64,000 nt of DNA from NCBI GenBank assembly GCA_963666485.2, contig CAXXUO010000003.1, positions 352,001-416,000 of the forward strand, written 5' to 3'. Shown piece by piece: positions 20,179-29,422 of the stretch; position 1 is the stretch's first letter; each line of letters opens with the position of its first letter. Below the pieces are notes generated by a model that was not told the origin of the DNA, ran no database searches, and worked only from the letters and a program-made list of their open reading frames with translations. The stretch is from Syntrophorhabdaceae bacterium. GTDB taxonomy: Bacteria > Desulfobacterota > Syntrophorhabdia > Syntrophorhabdales > Syntrophorhabdaceae. The translations under genes were made by a program, and so were the position numbers.

Positions 20179-20754
20179 ATGAAAAGCGTAAAGGGAACTC
20201 TGACCGAAAAGAACTTGCTGGCGAGCTTTGCGGGGGAATCGCAGGCACGCACGAGGTACACGTATTTCTCGTCGCAGGCGAAGAAGGAAGGATACGAACA
20301 GATATCGTTCATCTTTGCGGACACCGCCGAGAACGAGAAAGAGCACGCCAAGCGCTTCTTTAAATTCCTGGAAGGCGGCGATATTGCAATAACGGCATCC
20401 TACCCGGCCGGAGTGATCGGTACGACGTCAGCGAACCTGAAGGCGGCTGCGGAGGGTGAAAACCACGAACATACGGTGCTTTACCCGGAAGCAGCGAACG
20501 TCGCCGACAGTGAGGGATTCGAAGAGATCGCCCGTGTTTTCCGGGAGATCGCCCGGGTTGAAATGGAGCACGAAAAACGCTACCGCATCCTTCTGAAGAA
20601 CATAGAGACAGGTACCGTTTTCAAGCGGCCATCCCCGATAAAATGGCGCTGCAGGAATTGCGGCTACGTGCATGAGGGTACGGAAGCCCCCGGGACGTGC
20701 CCGGCATGCGATCATCCCCAGGCATATTACGAACTGCTTGCCGAAAATTATTAA
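20179..20754 (+). CDS. rbr: Rubrerythrin
   Basis: FAGESQA, EKEHA, EHEKRY; C-terminal rubredoxin domain CRNC...CPAC. Confidence 0.96.
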   Translation: MKSVKGTLTEKNLLASFAGESQARTRYTYFSSQAKKEGYEQISFIFADTAENEKEHAKRFFKFLEGGDIAITASYPAGVIGTTSANLKAAAEGENHEHTVLYPEAANVADSEGFEEIARVFREIARVEMEHEKRYRILLKNIETGTVFKRPSPIKWRCRNCGYVHEGTEAPGTCPACDHPQAYYELLAENY

Positions 20755-20918
20755 GTGCCGTAAGGCGTGAGGGGATAAAAGACAATTAGACAGGGAAGAT
20801 CGGATAAATTAAGGAGATTTACGCCACAAACCATACGTTTTGTGGTATTATCTGCCTTGTCGGCCTGCGCTACACGTGCGGGCCGTAAAAAAATAAGGAC
20901 GGTCACGAAGCAGGGTTT

Positions 20919-21734
20919 ATGAAAATAGCGGGAATACAATTTGCCTGTACGCACGATAAGGACAAGAACGTCAACACGGCGATGAAGCTCCTCAGTGTCG
21001 CGCTGAACGAAAACGCAAGGGTGGTCTGTTTCCAGGAACTGTTCAACCTGCACTGGTTTCCCAGGGACCGCGACGATACCGCCTTTGCCCTTGCCGAGGA
21101 GACCTCCGGAGAGACTGTCAGGCTTTTTCAGGACCAGGTCAAGGGCACGGACACCGTTATCATCCTTCCCATCTTCGAGAAGGCGGGTGAAAAGTACTTC
21201 AATTCTGCCGTTATCATAGACGCGGACGGGACACGCGGCGTCTACAGGAAATTGAATGTTACCGATATACCTCTATGGGAAGAGAAATTTTATTTTTCAC
21301 AGGGCGATACAGGGCTTCCTGTATTTGAAACGCGCCACGGAAAATTCGCTGTACAGATGTCATGGGACAATTTTTTTCCGGAAGGGTCCCGCATCCTCGC
21401 CCTCAAGGGGGCGGACATCGTCTTCGCGCCGACGTCATGCGCCTTCAAATCCCAGCATATATGGCAAACGGTCATATCGTCAAACGCAATAACGAACGGG
21501 ATCTACATCATGCGCGTGAACAGGGCGGGCAGCGAAGAAGCACAGGATTTTTACGGTATGAGCTTCTGCGTCAACCCGGAGGGAGAACTTGTTGGCGGGC
21601 CGACGGGCAGATCGGACACGGTCCTCCTGGCGGACGTCGATCTCGACCGGCTGAAGATGGTCCGGCGTGAATGGCCGATCCTGAAAGAGATCAAGCCGGA
21701 ATTGTACAGTGAACTTCTTGGAGGGAGATCTTGA
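20919..21734 (+). CDS. Nitrilase / carbon-nitrogen hydrolase (N-carbamoylputrescine amidase-like)
   Basis: FQELF, YRK, EKFYF and VNRAG motifs. The catalytic Cys position reads QMSWD. Confidence 0.88.
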   Translation: MKIAGIQFACTHDKDKNVNTAMKLLSVALNENARVVCFQELFNLHWFPRDRDDTAFALAEETSGETVRLFQDQVKGTDTVIILPIFEKAGEKYFNSAVIIDADGTRGVYRKLNVTDIPLWEEKFYFSQGDTGLPVFETRHGKFAVQMSWDNFFPEGSRILALKGADIVFAPTSCAFKSQHIWQTVISSNAITNGIYIMRVNRAGSEEAQDFYGMSFCVNPEGELVGGPTGRSDTVLLADVDLDRLKMVRREWPILKEIKPELYSELLGGRS

Positions 21735-21901
21735 GCGACGAACCAACCCTTTGCGTGGTGTGTGCATGGCGGGAAAGATGCACAAAGAAATTCATCCATG
21801 GAAAAGATGTGTCCCTGAGATGCCCTGATTTTACGAAAGACCTCCAGATAGAAAAGGACCAAAGGGATGCTGAGATCGATACCGGCAAAGATAATACATG
21901 A
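21731..21901 (+). CDS. Small four-Cys protein (56 aa), below the ORF-track cutoff
   Basis: TTG start after GGAGGGAG. MSDEPTLCVVCAWRERCTKKFIHGKDVSLRCPDFTKDLQIEKDQRDAEIDTGKDNT fills the gap and overlaps both neighbours. Confidence 0.72.
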   Translation: MSDEPTLCVVCAWRERCTKKFIHGKDVSLRCPDFTKDLQIEKDQRDAEIDTGKDNT

Positions 21902-23525
21902 CTGCATAGATAGCGCCCGCGCAGGCGGGCTCATTCCAGCCGACGCAAAACTCAACTTCATAATTGAAACACCGCGGGAGGAAGGGTTCGGTGATTACTC
22001 CACGAATATCGCTTTCATCCTGGCCCCGCATCTGAAAAAGAAACCGGTAGATATCGCCCGGCAGCTGGCCGAATCGATGCAGGGCAATGAATCGTGCGAA
22101 TCTGTCTCGGTCGCGGGCGCCGGTTTTATCAATTTTTCGCTCAAGGACAGCCTCTGGCAGGACCTGCTCCACAGGGTCGCGTCGGACGGGATCACACTTC
22201 TTTATCCGGACGTGGGGGCGTCGCGGAACGTCCTTATCGAGTTCGTCAGTGCCAACCCTACCGGGCCTTTGCACATCGGCCACGGCAGGGGAGCTGCGGT
22301 GGGTGATGTTCTGGCAAACCTTCTCAGGAAGACCGGCCACAATGTGGGCCGTGAATATTATATCAATGACGCCGGCCGCCAGATCCGCACACTTGGCCGG
22401 TCCACGTACCTCAGGCTCAAAGAGTTAAAGGGCGAAACGGTAGAGTACCCGACGGACCTCTACCAGGGGGATTACGTGCGCGACATCGCGCGCAAGGTGA
22501 TTGACGAGAACGTCGCCGTACCCGATAGTGAAGACGAGGCCGTGGAGTTCCTCGCATCATATGCCAGCGATCTCATAATGGATGGCATCAAGAAGGACCT
22601 CTATGACTTCGGCGTCGTCTTCGACAGGTATTTCCTGGAATCTACCCTGTATGAGTCGGGTATCGTGGATGAGACCCTCGCTATCCTGAAAGAACGCGGC
22701 ATTGCATATGAACGCGATGGTGCACTCTGGTTCAAAACGAGCCTGTACGAGAAGGACGAGGACCGGGTCCTTATAAAGTCGGACGGGCAGAAGACGTATT
22801 TTACATCCGATATCGCGTACCACCTCGACAAATATAAGCGGTCATTCGATACGCTGGTCGATATCTGGGGCTCCGACCATCATGGCTATATCCCGAGACT
22901 GCGCGCATCCGTGCAGGCCCTGGGAAGGAACAAGGAGGACCTGAAATTCCTGCTTATCCAGTTCGTGACGCTGATCAAGGACGGCAAGCCGGTCGGCATG
23001 TCCACGCGCTCGGGTGAATTTACGACCTTGAGGGAGGTCATGGACGAGGTTGGACGCGACGCCTGCCGCTTCTTCTTCCTCATGCGGAAAAGCGACGCCC
23101 ACCTCGAGTTCGACCTTGACCTGGCCAAGAGGACATCGAATGAAAACCCGGTGTTCTATGTTCAGTATGCCCATGCACGGATAGAGAGCATCTTCCGGAA
23201 TGCACGGGATGCCGGCATAGATACCGAAAATTTGGCCGATGCCGATTGCGGTCTCCTGGCGGTGAAAGAAGAGCTGGACCTTATCAGATGGATCACGCGC
23301 TATCACAGCGTGCTCGAAGGCAGCGCCAGGAATTTAGAGCCCCACAGGGTCACATTTTACCTGATGGAGCTTGTCGGCCGATTCCACAGTTATTATAATA
23401 AGACCCGGGTACTGGGCAACGATGTACGTCTCGTAAGATCGAGACTTCTTTTGCTTCGCGTCCTGCGCGATGTCATCAGGGACGGCCTTGGCCTTATCGG
23501 GGTATCGGCACCCGAGAAGATGTAA
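21867..23525 (+). CDS. argS: Arginine--tRNA ligase
   Basis: EFVSANPTGPLHIGHGR, WGSDHHGY, MSTRSG and YVQYAHAR motifs. Confidence 0.98.
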   Translation: MLRSIPAKIIHDCIDSARAGGLIPADAKLNFIIETPREEGFGDYSTNIAFILAPHLKKKPVDIARQLAESMQGNESCESVSVAGAGFINFSLKDSLWQDLLHRVASDGITLLYPDVGASRNVLIEFVSANPTGPLHIGHGRGAAVGDVLANLLRKTGHNVGREYYINDAGRQIRTLGRSTYLRLKELKGETVEYPTDLYQGDYVRDIARKVIDENVAVPDSEDEAVEFLASYASDLIMDGIKKDLYDFGVVFDRYFLESTLYESGIVDETLAILKERGIAYERDGALWFKTSLYEKDEDRVLIKSDGQKTYFTSDIAYHLDKYKRSFDTLVDIWGSDHHGYIPRLRASVQALGRNKEDLKFLLIQFVTLIKDGKPVGMSTRSGEFTTLREVMDEVGRDACRFFFLMRKSDAHLEFDLDLAKRTSNENPVFYVQYAHARIESIFRNARDAGIDTENLADADCGLLAVKEELDLIRWITRYHSVLEGSARNLEPHRVTFYLMELVGRFHSYYNKTRVLGNDVRLVRSRLLLLRVLRDVIRDGLGLIGVSAPEKM

Positions 23526-23564
23526 GTCCCTTAAGCCGTACAAGGTGAAGATGAAGGAGCAGTA

Positions 23565-24194
23565 ATGGATAGAAAGAAAAGCAAGACGAGAGAATATATC
23601 GAGTCTATCATTGTGGCCGCTCTTATTGCGCTTGTGGTCCGGAGCTTCGTTATACAGGCCTATAAGATACCGTCGGGATCGATGGAGCCCACCCTGCTCG
23701 TCGGCGACCACCTTCTCGTCAACAGAATGAGCTATGTCGTCAAAATGCCGTTTACAGACAGTGTCCTGCTCACGACCGGTAAACCGCAGCGGGGCGACAT
23801 TATTGTTTTCCGCTATCCTGAGGACCCGAGCAAGGATTATATCAAGCGCGTTATCGCGACCGGGGGAGAGAAGGTCGAGATAAGAAATAAGGTTATATAC
23901 ATCAACGGTAAGAGGCTTCAGGACCCCTGGGGGCATTTCAGGCCTGATCCCGGTGCGCGCAGTTTTACCCCCTTCGTGGACAAGGACAACGTGCCGCCCG
24001 TCGTTGTACCGAAGGACAATTATTTCGTCATGGGGGATAACCGGGACAACAGCCTCGACAGCCGCTACTGGGGCTATGTCGACAAGAAGCACCTCGTCGG
24101 AAAGGCGCTCATCATCTATTTCTCCTGGGACAACAACGCCATGAGCGCGCTCAACTACATACGCTGGTCACGCATCGGGTGGCTCATAAAATAG
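23565..24194 (+). CDS. lepB: Signal peptidase I
   Basis: IPSGSMEPTL, YIKRV and MGDNRDNSLDSR motifs. Confidence 0.97.
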   Translation: MDRKKSKTREYIESIIVAALIALVVRSFVIQAYKIPSGSMEPTLLVGDHLLVNRMSYVVKMPFTDSVLLTTGKPQRGDIIVFRYPEDPSKDYIKRVIATGGEKVEIRNKVIYINGKRLQDPWGHFRPDPGARSFTPFVDKDNVPPVVVPKDNYFVMGDNRDNSLDSRYWGYVDKKHLVGKALIIYFSWDNNAMSALNYIRWSRIGWLIK

Positions 24195-24261
24195 GCCCGT
24201 GCCCTTCCCGCCGCTTTCTATGGTTAGATTTCGCGGGTATTGTATGATATTATGGAGAGCA

Positions 24262-25920
24262 ATGAAGATCAAAGCAGTCGTTATTTCGCTTCTTGTGCTG
24301 ATCGGCACCCAACTTCATGCAGCGACCCTTTCCGACTCCATCTGGTACTTTCTCCACGGCTACATCAGTGAATCGACAGGGAATTATCCCGAAGCGCTCG
24401 AATATTACACAAAGGCGCTGAAGGAGAATGGAGCATCGTCCGAGATCAGGACGTCGCTCGCATCCCTGTACGTTAAGAAGGGCGAGTTCACGAAGGCCGA
24501 AGAACTCCTCAACGAGGCGCTGGCCATAAACCCCGCCAACAGGGGCGCGCTCATGTTCATGGCGGGCGTGCAGGCTGCCAAGGGGATGACGTACAAGGCC
24601 AAGGCGCTCTATGAAAAATGCATTGAGCTGAACCCGGAAGATACAGAGGCCTACATGTATCTCGGCTCGATCTATATTGCCGAACGCCAGTATAGCGCCG
24701 CTATTATGATCTACGAGAAGATACTGGCATATGATGACGATAATGTCATTGCCCTGTATTATATCGGGCGTCTGTACGGTGAGACCAAAGATTTCACGAA
24801 GGCGAAAAAATACCTGCTCAAGGCCCTCGAGTTCAAACCCAATTTTTCGCCTGCGCTCCTTGATATCGCCACAATATACGAGATCGAAGGCGATCTGCAG
24901 AAAGCCATCGAATACTACCAGGCCATCATTGCGCAGGACCCCACCGACAAGAAGGCCCGTTCCCGGCTTGCCACGATCTTTATCAGGCAGAAGGAGTACG
25001 ACAAGGCTATTGTGCAGTTCGAGAAATTATCCGACCTCGACCGGCACGATGTCTCGCTGCGCGTTCGCATCGGCCTCTTGCACTACGAAAAGGGGCGGTA
25101 TGATGAAGCGATACGCGAGTTCAACCTCGCCCTCGCCAATAAGAATGACGATACCGTCAGGATATACCTCGCAATGGCATGGCGCGAAAAGGGCGATCTG
25201 AAAAAGGCGCTCGAAGAGCTGAACAAGATCAACCCGAAATCTGAAGAATTTCTCATGGCCATCAGACAGATGACCCTTATCTATATCAAGTCCGGGACAG
25301 TAGACGACGGTATCAAGGCGATATCGAAGTACCTTCCTGAAATAGAGAAAAAACCGGAATTGTATATCCTGATCTCGATGTTGTATGAAGAGAAAAACGA
25401 TTACGTGAATGGCATAAAGGTCCTCGAGGAGGCCCGGAGCATCGACCCGGACAATCTCGATGTGATCTACCAGATAGGCATGATGTATGAAAAGAAGGGT
25501 GACAGCGAAAAAGCCCTTGCAACAATGAAAGAGGTCCTGGCAAAGGACCCGGATTTTCCCAACGCCTTGAACTTCATTGGGTACTCGCTGGCAGAGAAAG
25601 GCATCCGGCTCGATGAGGCCGAGTCCATGATCAGGAAGGCCCTTTCAAAACGTCCCGAAGACGGGTACATCATCGACAGCCTCGGATGGGTCTTCTTTAA
25701 GAAAGGGAATTTCAAGGCTGCGCTGGAGGAGATCCGGAAAGCCAGCATCCTGATGCCTGAAGACCCGACGATCCAGGAACATCTCGGCGATGTCTATGCC
25801 GCTTTGCATGATTACATCAAGGCCGCGCAGCATTACGAAAAATCAATGTCCCTGGAAAAGGACCCCTCGAAGAAGAACTCCGTCCAGCAAAAACTCAATA
25901 CGGTCAAAGAGAAGAAATGA
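24262..25920 (+). CDS. Exported TPR protein
   Basis: Signal peptide, many TPRs, ALNFIGYSLA...IIDSLGWVF C-terminal block. Confidence 0.9.
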   Translation: MKIKAVVISLLVLIGTQLHAATLSDSIWYFLHGYISESTGNYPEALEYYTKALKENGASSEIRTSLASLYVKKGEFTKAEELLNEALAINPANRGALMFMAGVQAAKGMTYKAKALYEKCIELNPEDTEAYMYLGSIYIAERQYSAAIMIYEKILAYDDDNVIALYYIGRLYGETKDFTKAKKYLLKALEFKPNFSPALLDIATIYEIEGDLQKAIEYYQAIIAQDPTDKKARSRLATIFIRQKEYDKAIVQFEKLSDLDRHDVSLRVRIGLLHYEKGRYDEAIREFNLALANKNDDTVRIYLAMAWREKGDLKKALEELNKINPKSEEFLMAIRQMTLIYIKSGTVDDGIKAISKYLPEIEKKPELYILISMLYEEKNDYVNGIKVLEEARSIDPDNLDVIYQIGMMYEKKGDSEKALATMKEVLAKDPDFPNALNFIGYSLAEKGIRLDEAESMIRKALSKRPEDGYIIDSLGWVFFKKGNFKAALEEIRKASILMPEDPTIQEHLGDVYAALHDYIKAAQHYEKSMSLEKDPSKKNSVQQKLNTVKEKK

Positions 25921-26471
25921 CACGGAAGGCGGTGCTCCTCCTTTTTGCCCTGCCCCTTCTGTTTGTTTCCTGCGCCCACATGGGCAGGCAGCCGGCCTTC
26001 ATTGCCTGGCCCGAACGTTTTGACTATATCGAGGCCCTGGGGGAGATCGATGTCATGCTCAGGAACAGGCAGTATACCGGGGATATGTCACTCAAGGCAG
26101 AATATCCGCACATGCTCTCTTTCGAGGTATACAGCCCCTTCGGCACGACGATACTTTCTGTCGACCGGTCCGAGGACCATTTCCTCATGCGGACCGATGA
26201 GGGGTTGATAACGAATGAAAATGAATTTTACCGCCTCTTCAATGTTCAAATAGACGACATCATCGAAGACCTCACACTGAAAGGGACTATCCGGACCGAC
26301 GGTCCCGTCCCGTACAAAGAGCGCCCCGGGTACACTGTATATTACTACCTCAACAATGGCGGCAACAGGATATGCTGGAAGGTTGAAGAGGGGGATTTTT
26401 GCATCCGGTTCACCGACGTCAGCTTCTCGCGGGAAAGACCCGATGGAAAAGATAGTAGCGGGACCGATTGA
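25917..26471 (+). CDS. Lipoprotein, LolB/DUF4292-like
   Basis: Lipobox FVSC; FEVYSPFGTTILSV segment; coupled to the TPR gene. Confidence 0.65.
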   Translation: MTRKAVLLLFALPLLFVSCAHMGRQPAFIAWPERFDYIEALGEIDVMLRNRQYTGDMSLKAEYPHMLSFEVYSPFGTTILSVDRSEDHFLMRTDEGLITNENEFYRLFNVQIDDIIEDLTLKGTIRTDGPVPYKERPGYTVYYYLNNGGNRICWKVEEGDFCIRFTDVSFSRERPDGKDSSGTD

Positions 26472-27501
26472 TTCATACGATCCCCCGAAGATCAAAACCT
26501 TTATCGAGGAGGGTTTTCGGGAAACCGGCATATCGATAAAGGGCCGGGTGCTTGTCAAGCCGAACCTCCTTTCGGGAAAGGCCCCCGAACGGGCAGTAAC
26601 GACCCATCCGTTATTTCTGTCGGCACTCATCGAGCTTTTGAAGGACAATTCATGCACTGTTTTCCTGGGGGACAGCCCGGGGTATGAATCCCTCGAACGC
26701 GTGTTGAAGATCGGGCAGTATACGGACATGCTGAGGCATCTGGGCGTCAAGGTCGTACCGTTCACAAAAGAGGTCCCGAAAAGGATCGACGGTGTATCTC
26801 CCTACCACGAGTTTCTCTTCGGTGAAGACCCCGGTCATTACGACCACGTGGTCAACGTTGCGAAGCTCAAAACGCACGGGATGATGGGAATTACCCTTGC
26901 CGTAAAGAACACCTTCGGCTTCGTGCGGGGCTTTGCCAAGGGACGGTGGCACTTGAGGGCCGGGGTTGACCGGTCGCTTTTTGCATCGATCCTCGTGGAT
27001 ATCCATCGTATCGCGGCACCGACCGTGAGCATCCTCGATGGAATACTCGCCATGTCGGGTAACGGGCCATCGAACGGGACGCCCGTCAACCTCGGGATCA
27101 GCGCAGTGGCGCGCGACGCCATAGCGCTTGACGACTTTATCGAACAGCATCTATGCCCCCGTTCAGACCATCCGGTGACCGACTGTGCCCGCACGAACGG
27201 CCTTCTCGGTCCGTATGAGGTCATCGATCTTGGACTGCCGCCGGCCCCCCATTTTCCTATGCCCGAATCGTGCGCCACCGACTGGAACATCCCTTCCCCC
27301 GTCAAGAGGATACTTCGCGGCATCATGGTCAGGAAACCGAAGGCAAACGCGAAAAATTGTCAGCTCTGCGGCATATGCACAACTGTCTGCCCTGCACATG
27401 CTTTGAGCATCCGGAACGATACCCTGCAATTCGATTATACCGCCTGCATCCGCTGCTACTGCTGCCAGGAAATGTGCCCGCATGATGCGATAAAGGTATA
27501 A
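26443..27501 (+). CDS. DUF362 protein with C-terminal 2x[4Fe-4S] domain
   Basis: VLVKPNLL, TTHP, KLKTH, AVKNTFG; CQLCGICTTVCP and CIRCYCCQEMCP. Confidence 0.92.
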   Translation: MEKIVAGPIDSYDPPKIKTFIEEGFRETGISIKGRVLVKPNLLSGKAPERAVTTHPLFLSALIELLKDNSCTVFLGDSPGYESLERVLKIGQYTDMLRHLGVKVVPFTKEVPKRIDGVSPYHEFLFGEDPGHYDHVVNVAKLKTHGMMGITLAVKNTFGFVRGFAKGRWHLRAGVDRSLFASILVDIHRIAAPTVSILDGILAMSGNGPSNGTPVNLGISAVARDAIALDDFIEQHLCPRSDHPVTDCARTNGLLGPYEVIDLGLPPAPHFPMPESCATDWNIPSPVKRILRGIMVRKPKANAKNCQLCGICTTVCPAHALSIRNDTLQFDYTACIRCYCCQEMCPHDAIKV

Positions 27502-27507
27502 AGACGG

Positions 27508-27590
27508 GAGATAGGCGATGGGCTATAGGCGATTAGGATAAGACGATCATCAGGCAGAGTTCACACCCATTGCCCATCGCCTATCGCCTC
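27508..27590. repeat. Heptamer-repeat hairpin (GGCGATR / YATCGCC)
   Basis: GATAGGCGATGGGCTATAGGCGAT ... CCCATTGCCCATCGCCTATCGCC. Confidence 0.75.
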
Positions 27591-27591
27591 A

Positions 27592-27631
27592 CATTAAAAA
27601 GGCAGGAGCCAAAGCCCCTGCCTTTTTAATG
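27592..27631. terminator. Bidirectional intrinsic terminator
   Basis: CATTAAAAAGGCAGG-loop-CCTGCCTTTTTAATG between convergent genes. Confidence 0.85.
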
Positions 27632-27644
27632 TGCCATGTTCCTT

Positions 27645-28145
27645 CTATTTTTTTGCCGCTTTGACCGGTATTTTCTTCGCTTCCTTCAGGGCCTTTTCGG
27701 TTTTCGGGATGCTTATTGTCAGGACGCCTTTTTTATAATGAGCCTTGGCGGCGTCAACGTTGACCTCGACTGGTAGCGGGACTGTCCTGCTGAAGAAACC
27801 GTAAACCCTCTCCATCCTGTGATAGCTGGCATTCTTCTCCTCTGCCTCATCCTTCTTCTCGCCGCGAATGGTAAGGGCATCGCGGGTGAGTGAGACCTCG
27901 ATATCCTTCTCGTCCATACCGGGCAGCTCAGCGGTGATCTTGATCTCTTTGCCGCTGTCGGCGACATCGATATTGGGGTTGAACATAGAGGCGGCGAGGC
28001 CGGACGGCTCGATGTCAAACCCGTGAAAGAAACTATCGAACATCCTGTCTATGTTGTTGCGAAGGGAAAGGAGCGGGTTTTCCCCGGAAACCCGCGCGAC
28101 TTCCCTGGCCCTCTTGGGGTGCGGCGTGATCTTGATTGTTGTCAT
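27645..28145 (-). CDS. Hsp20/alpha-crystallin small heat shock protein
   Basis: AELPGM, LTIRGEK, ERVYGFFSR and GVLTISIPK motifs. Confidence 0.93.
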   Translation of the reverse strand: MTTIKITPHPKRAREVARVSGENPLLSLRNNIDRMFDSFFHGFDIEPSGLAASMFNPNIDVADSGKEIKITAELPGMDEKDIEVSLTRDALTIRGEKKDEAEEKNASYHRMERVYGFFSRTVPLPVEVNVDAAKAHYKKGVLTISIPKTEKALKEAKKIPVKAAKK

Positions 28146-28179
28146 GGTCGTACCTCCATACAAAGGTTATCTATGGGGT

Positions 28180-28584
28180 TCATCCCGCATTTACGGTTAT
28201 CTTTCTCATCTTCGGCGCGTCGTTCTTCGGCATTGTCAGGCGGAGAACACCGTCCTTTACGTTCGCCACGATCTTTTCCCGGTTGATCTCTCCGGATATC
28301 GTGAATATCCTCTGGTAGTCCCCTACCCCGTATTCAGCGTGGGTAAGCTTCATCTTGTCCGGCGCTTTCCAGTCGACCTTTCCGTAGATGGTCAGGACGT
28401 TGTCGTCGAGCGTGATATCGACCGAGTTCTCGTTGACGCCGGGCATGTCCGCGATGACAACGATCTTGTCCTTGCCCTCGATGATATCGACATCAGGGTT
28501 ATATATCTTTGCCGCCCGTGTTCTTTCAACGAGCTCGGTCTTCTCGGCCTCTTTCTTTTGCATTTCTTTGGATTTATCTGCCAT
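28180..28584 (-). CDS. Hsp20 small heat shock protein
   Basis: ADMPGV and DGVLRLTMPK motifs. Confidence 0.93.
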   Translation of the reverse strand: MADKSKEMQKKEAEKTELVERTRAAKIYNPDVDIIEGKDKIVVIADMPGVNENSVDITLDDNVLTIYGKVDWKAPDKMKLTHAEYGVGDYQRIFTISGEINREKIVANVKDGVLRLTMPKNDAPKMRKITVNAG

Positions 28585-28594
28585 GTGGACCTCC

Positions 28595-29041
28595 TCAAGC
28601 GGATTTTATCGAGATCTTCTTCGGCTTTTCGGCCTCGGAGCGCGGCAGCCTGATCGACAGGATGCCATTCGAGAAACTCGCGCTTACCTTTGCCGCATCT
28701 ATAGTGAAGGGTAGTTCGATCGCCTTTGTGAACTGTCCGTACCAACGTTCGCGGCGGTGAAAGGAATTGCCGTTGTCGAGCTGTTCAGGTTCTCTCGCCC
28801 CTTTCAGGATCAGGCTCTTGCCGATCACGGAAATATCAATGGCACCCGCGTCTATGCCCGGGATCTCGGTGGTCACCACCGTCTCCTCCCCATCGGTCCA
28901 AATATTGACTGCCGGAAAATCGCTTGTCGACGGCGAGACAAATCTGGACAAGACCCGGTTCATCTCATTTTCGATCCGCTGGAACTCCGACCACGGATCG
29001 AGGCCCCTCCCAAACATGCCGAAACCATCTGTCCACAGCAT
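28595..29041 (-). CDS. Hsp20 small heat shock protein
   Basis: EIPGID, RRERWYGQF and NGILSIRLP motifs. Confidence 0.93.
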   Translation of the reverse strand: MLWTDGFGMFGRGLDPWSEFQRIENEMNRVLSRFVSPSTSDFPAVNIWTDGEETVVTTEIPGIDAGAIDISVIGKSLILKGAREPEQLDNGNSFHRRERWYGQFTKAIELPFTIDAAKVSASFSNGILSIRLPRSEAEKPKKISIKSA

Positions 29042-29066
29042 ACCTTAAACCTCCTTGAGAAATGTT

Positions 29067-29114
29067 ATGTGATCATCGTGAAATAAATGTGATCATCCGT
29101 TCCGAATTTGTCAA
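29067..29114 (-). promoter_or_regulatory. Putative hsp20 promoter overlapped by an ATGTGATCATC direct repeat
   Basis: Minus-strand TTGACA (29114-29109), 17 bp spacer, CACATT. ATGTGATCATC at 29067 and 29087. Confidence 0.55.
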
Positions 29115-29176
29115 GTGGTCAAATATGTTGTAACTTGATGAATTATTTGAATTAATTCCAGAAACGGTCTGCGCTG

Positions 29177-29422
29177 TCAGGTTTCGACAGGAATATAGTC
29201 CCGGCCGTCATACGTGTATATGCCGGCTGTCTGGACATCTCCAAGGAATCCTGCGACTTCTTCGAGATCCCCTTCCAGCGCTATAGACATCCCGCAGTCT
29301 GAACTGAGATTCCGCGGGACAGGGATCAATTCATTCGCCACGGAATGCCCCTTGAGGAGTTTTTCAGCACGAAGGACATCATGGATCGAATGAAAAAGGA
29401 GGAGTAATTTATGTGCCGGCAA
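29177..29422 (-). CDS. DUF3343 family putative Se/S carrier protein
   Basis: FHSIHDVLRAEK...IPVPRNLSSDCG signature. Confidence 0.88.
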   Translation of the reverse strand: MPAHKLLLLFHSIHDVLRAEKLLKGHSVANELIPVPRNLSSDCGMSIALEGDLEEVAGFLGDVQTAGIYTYDGRDYIPVET

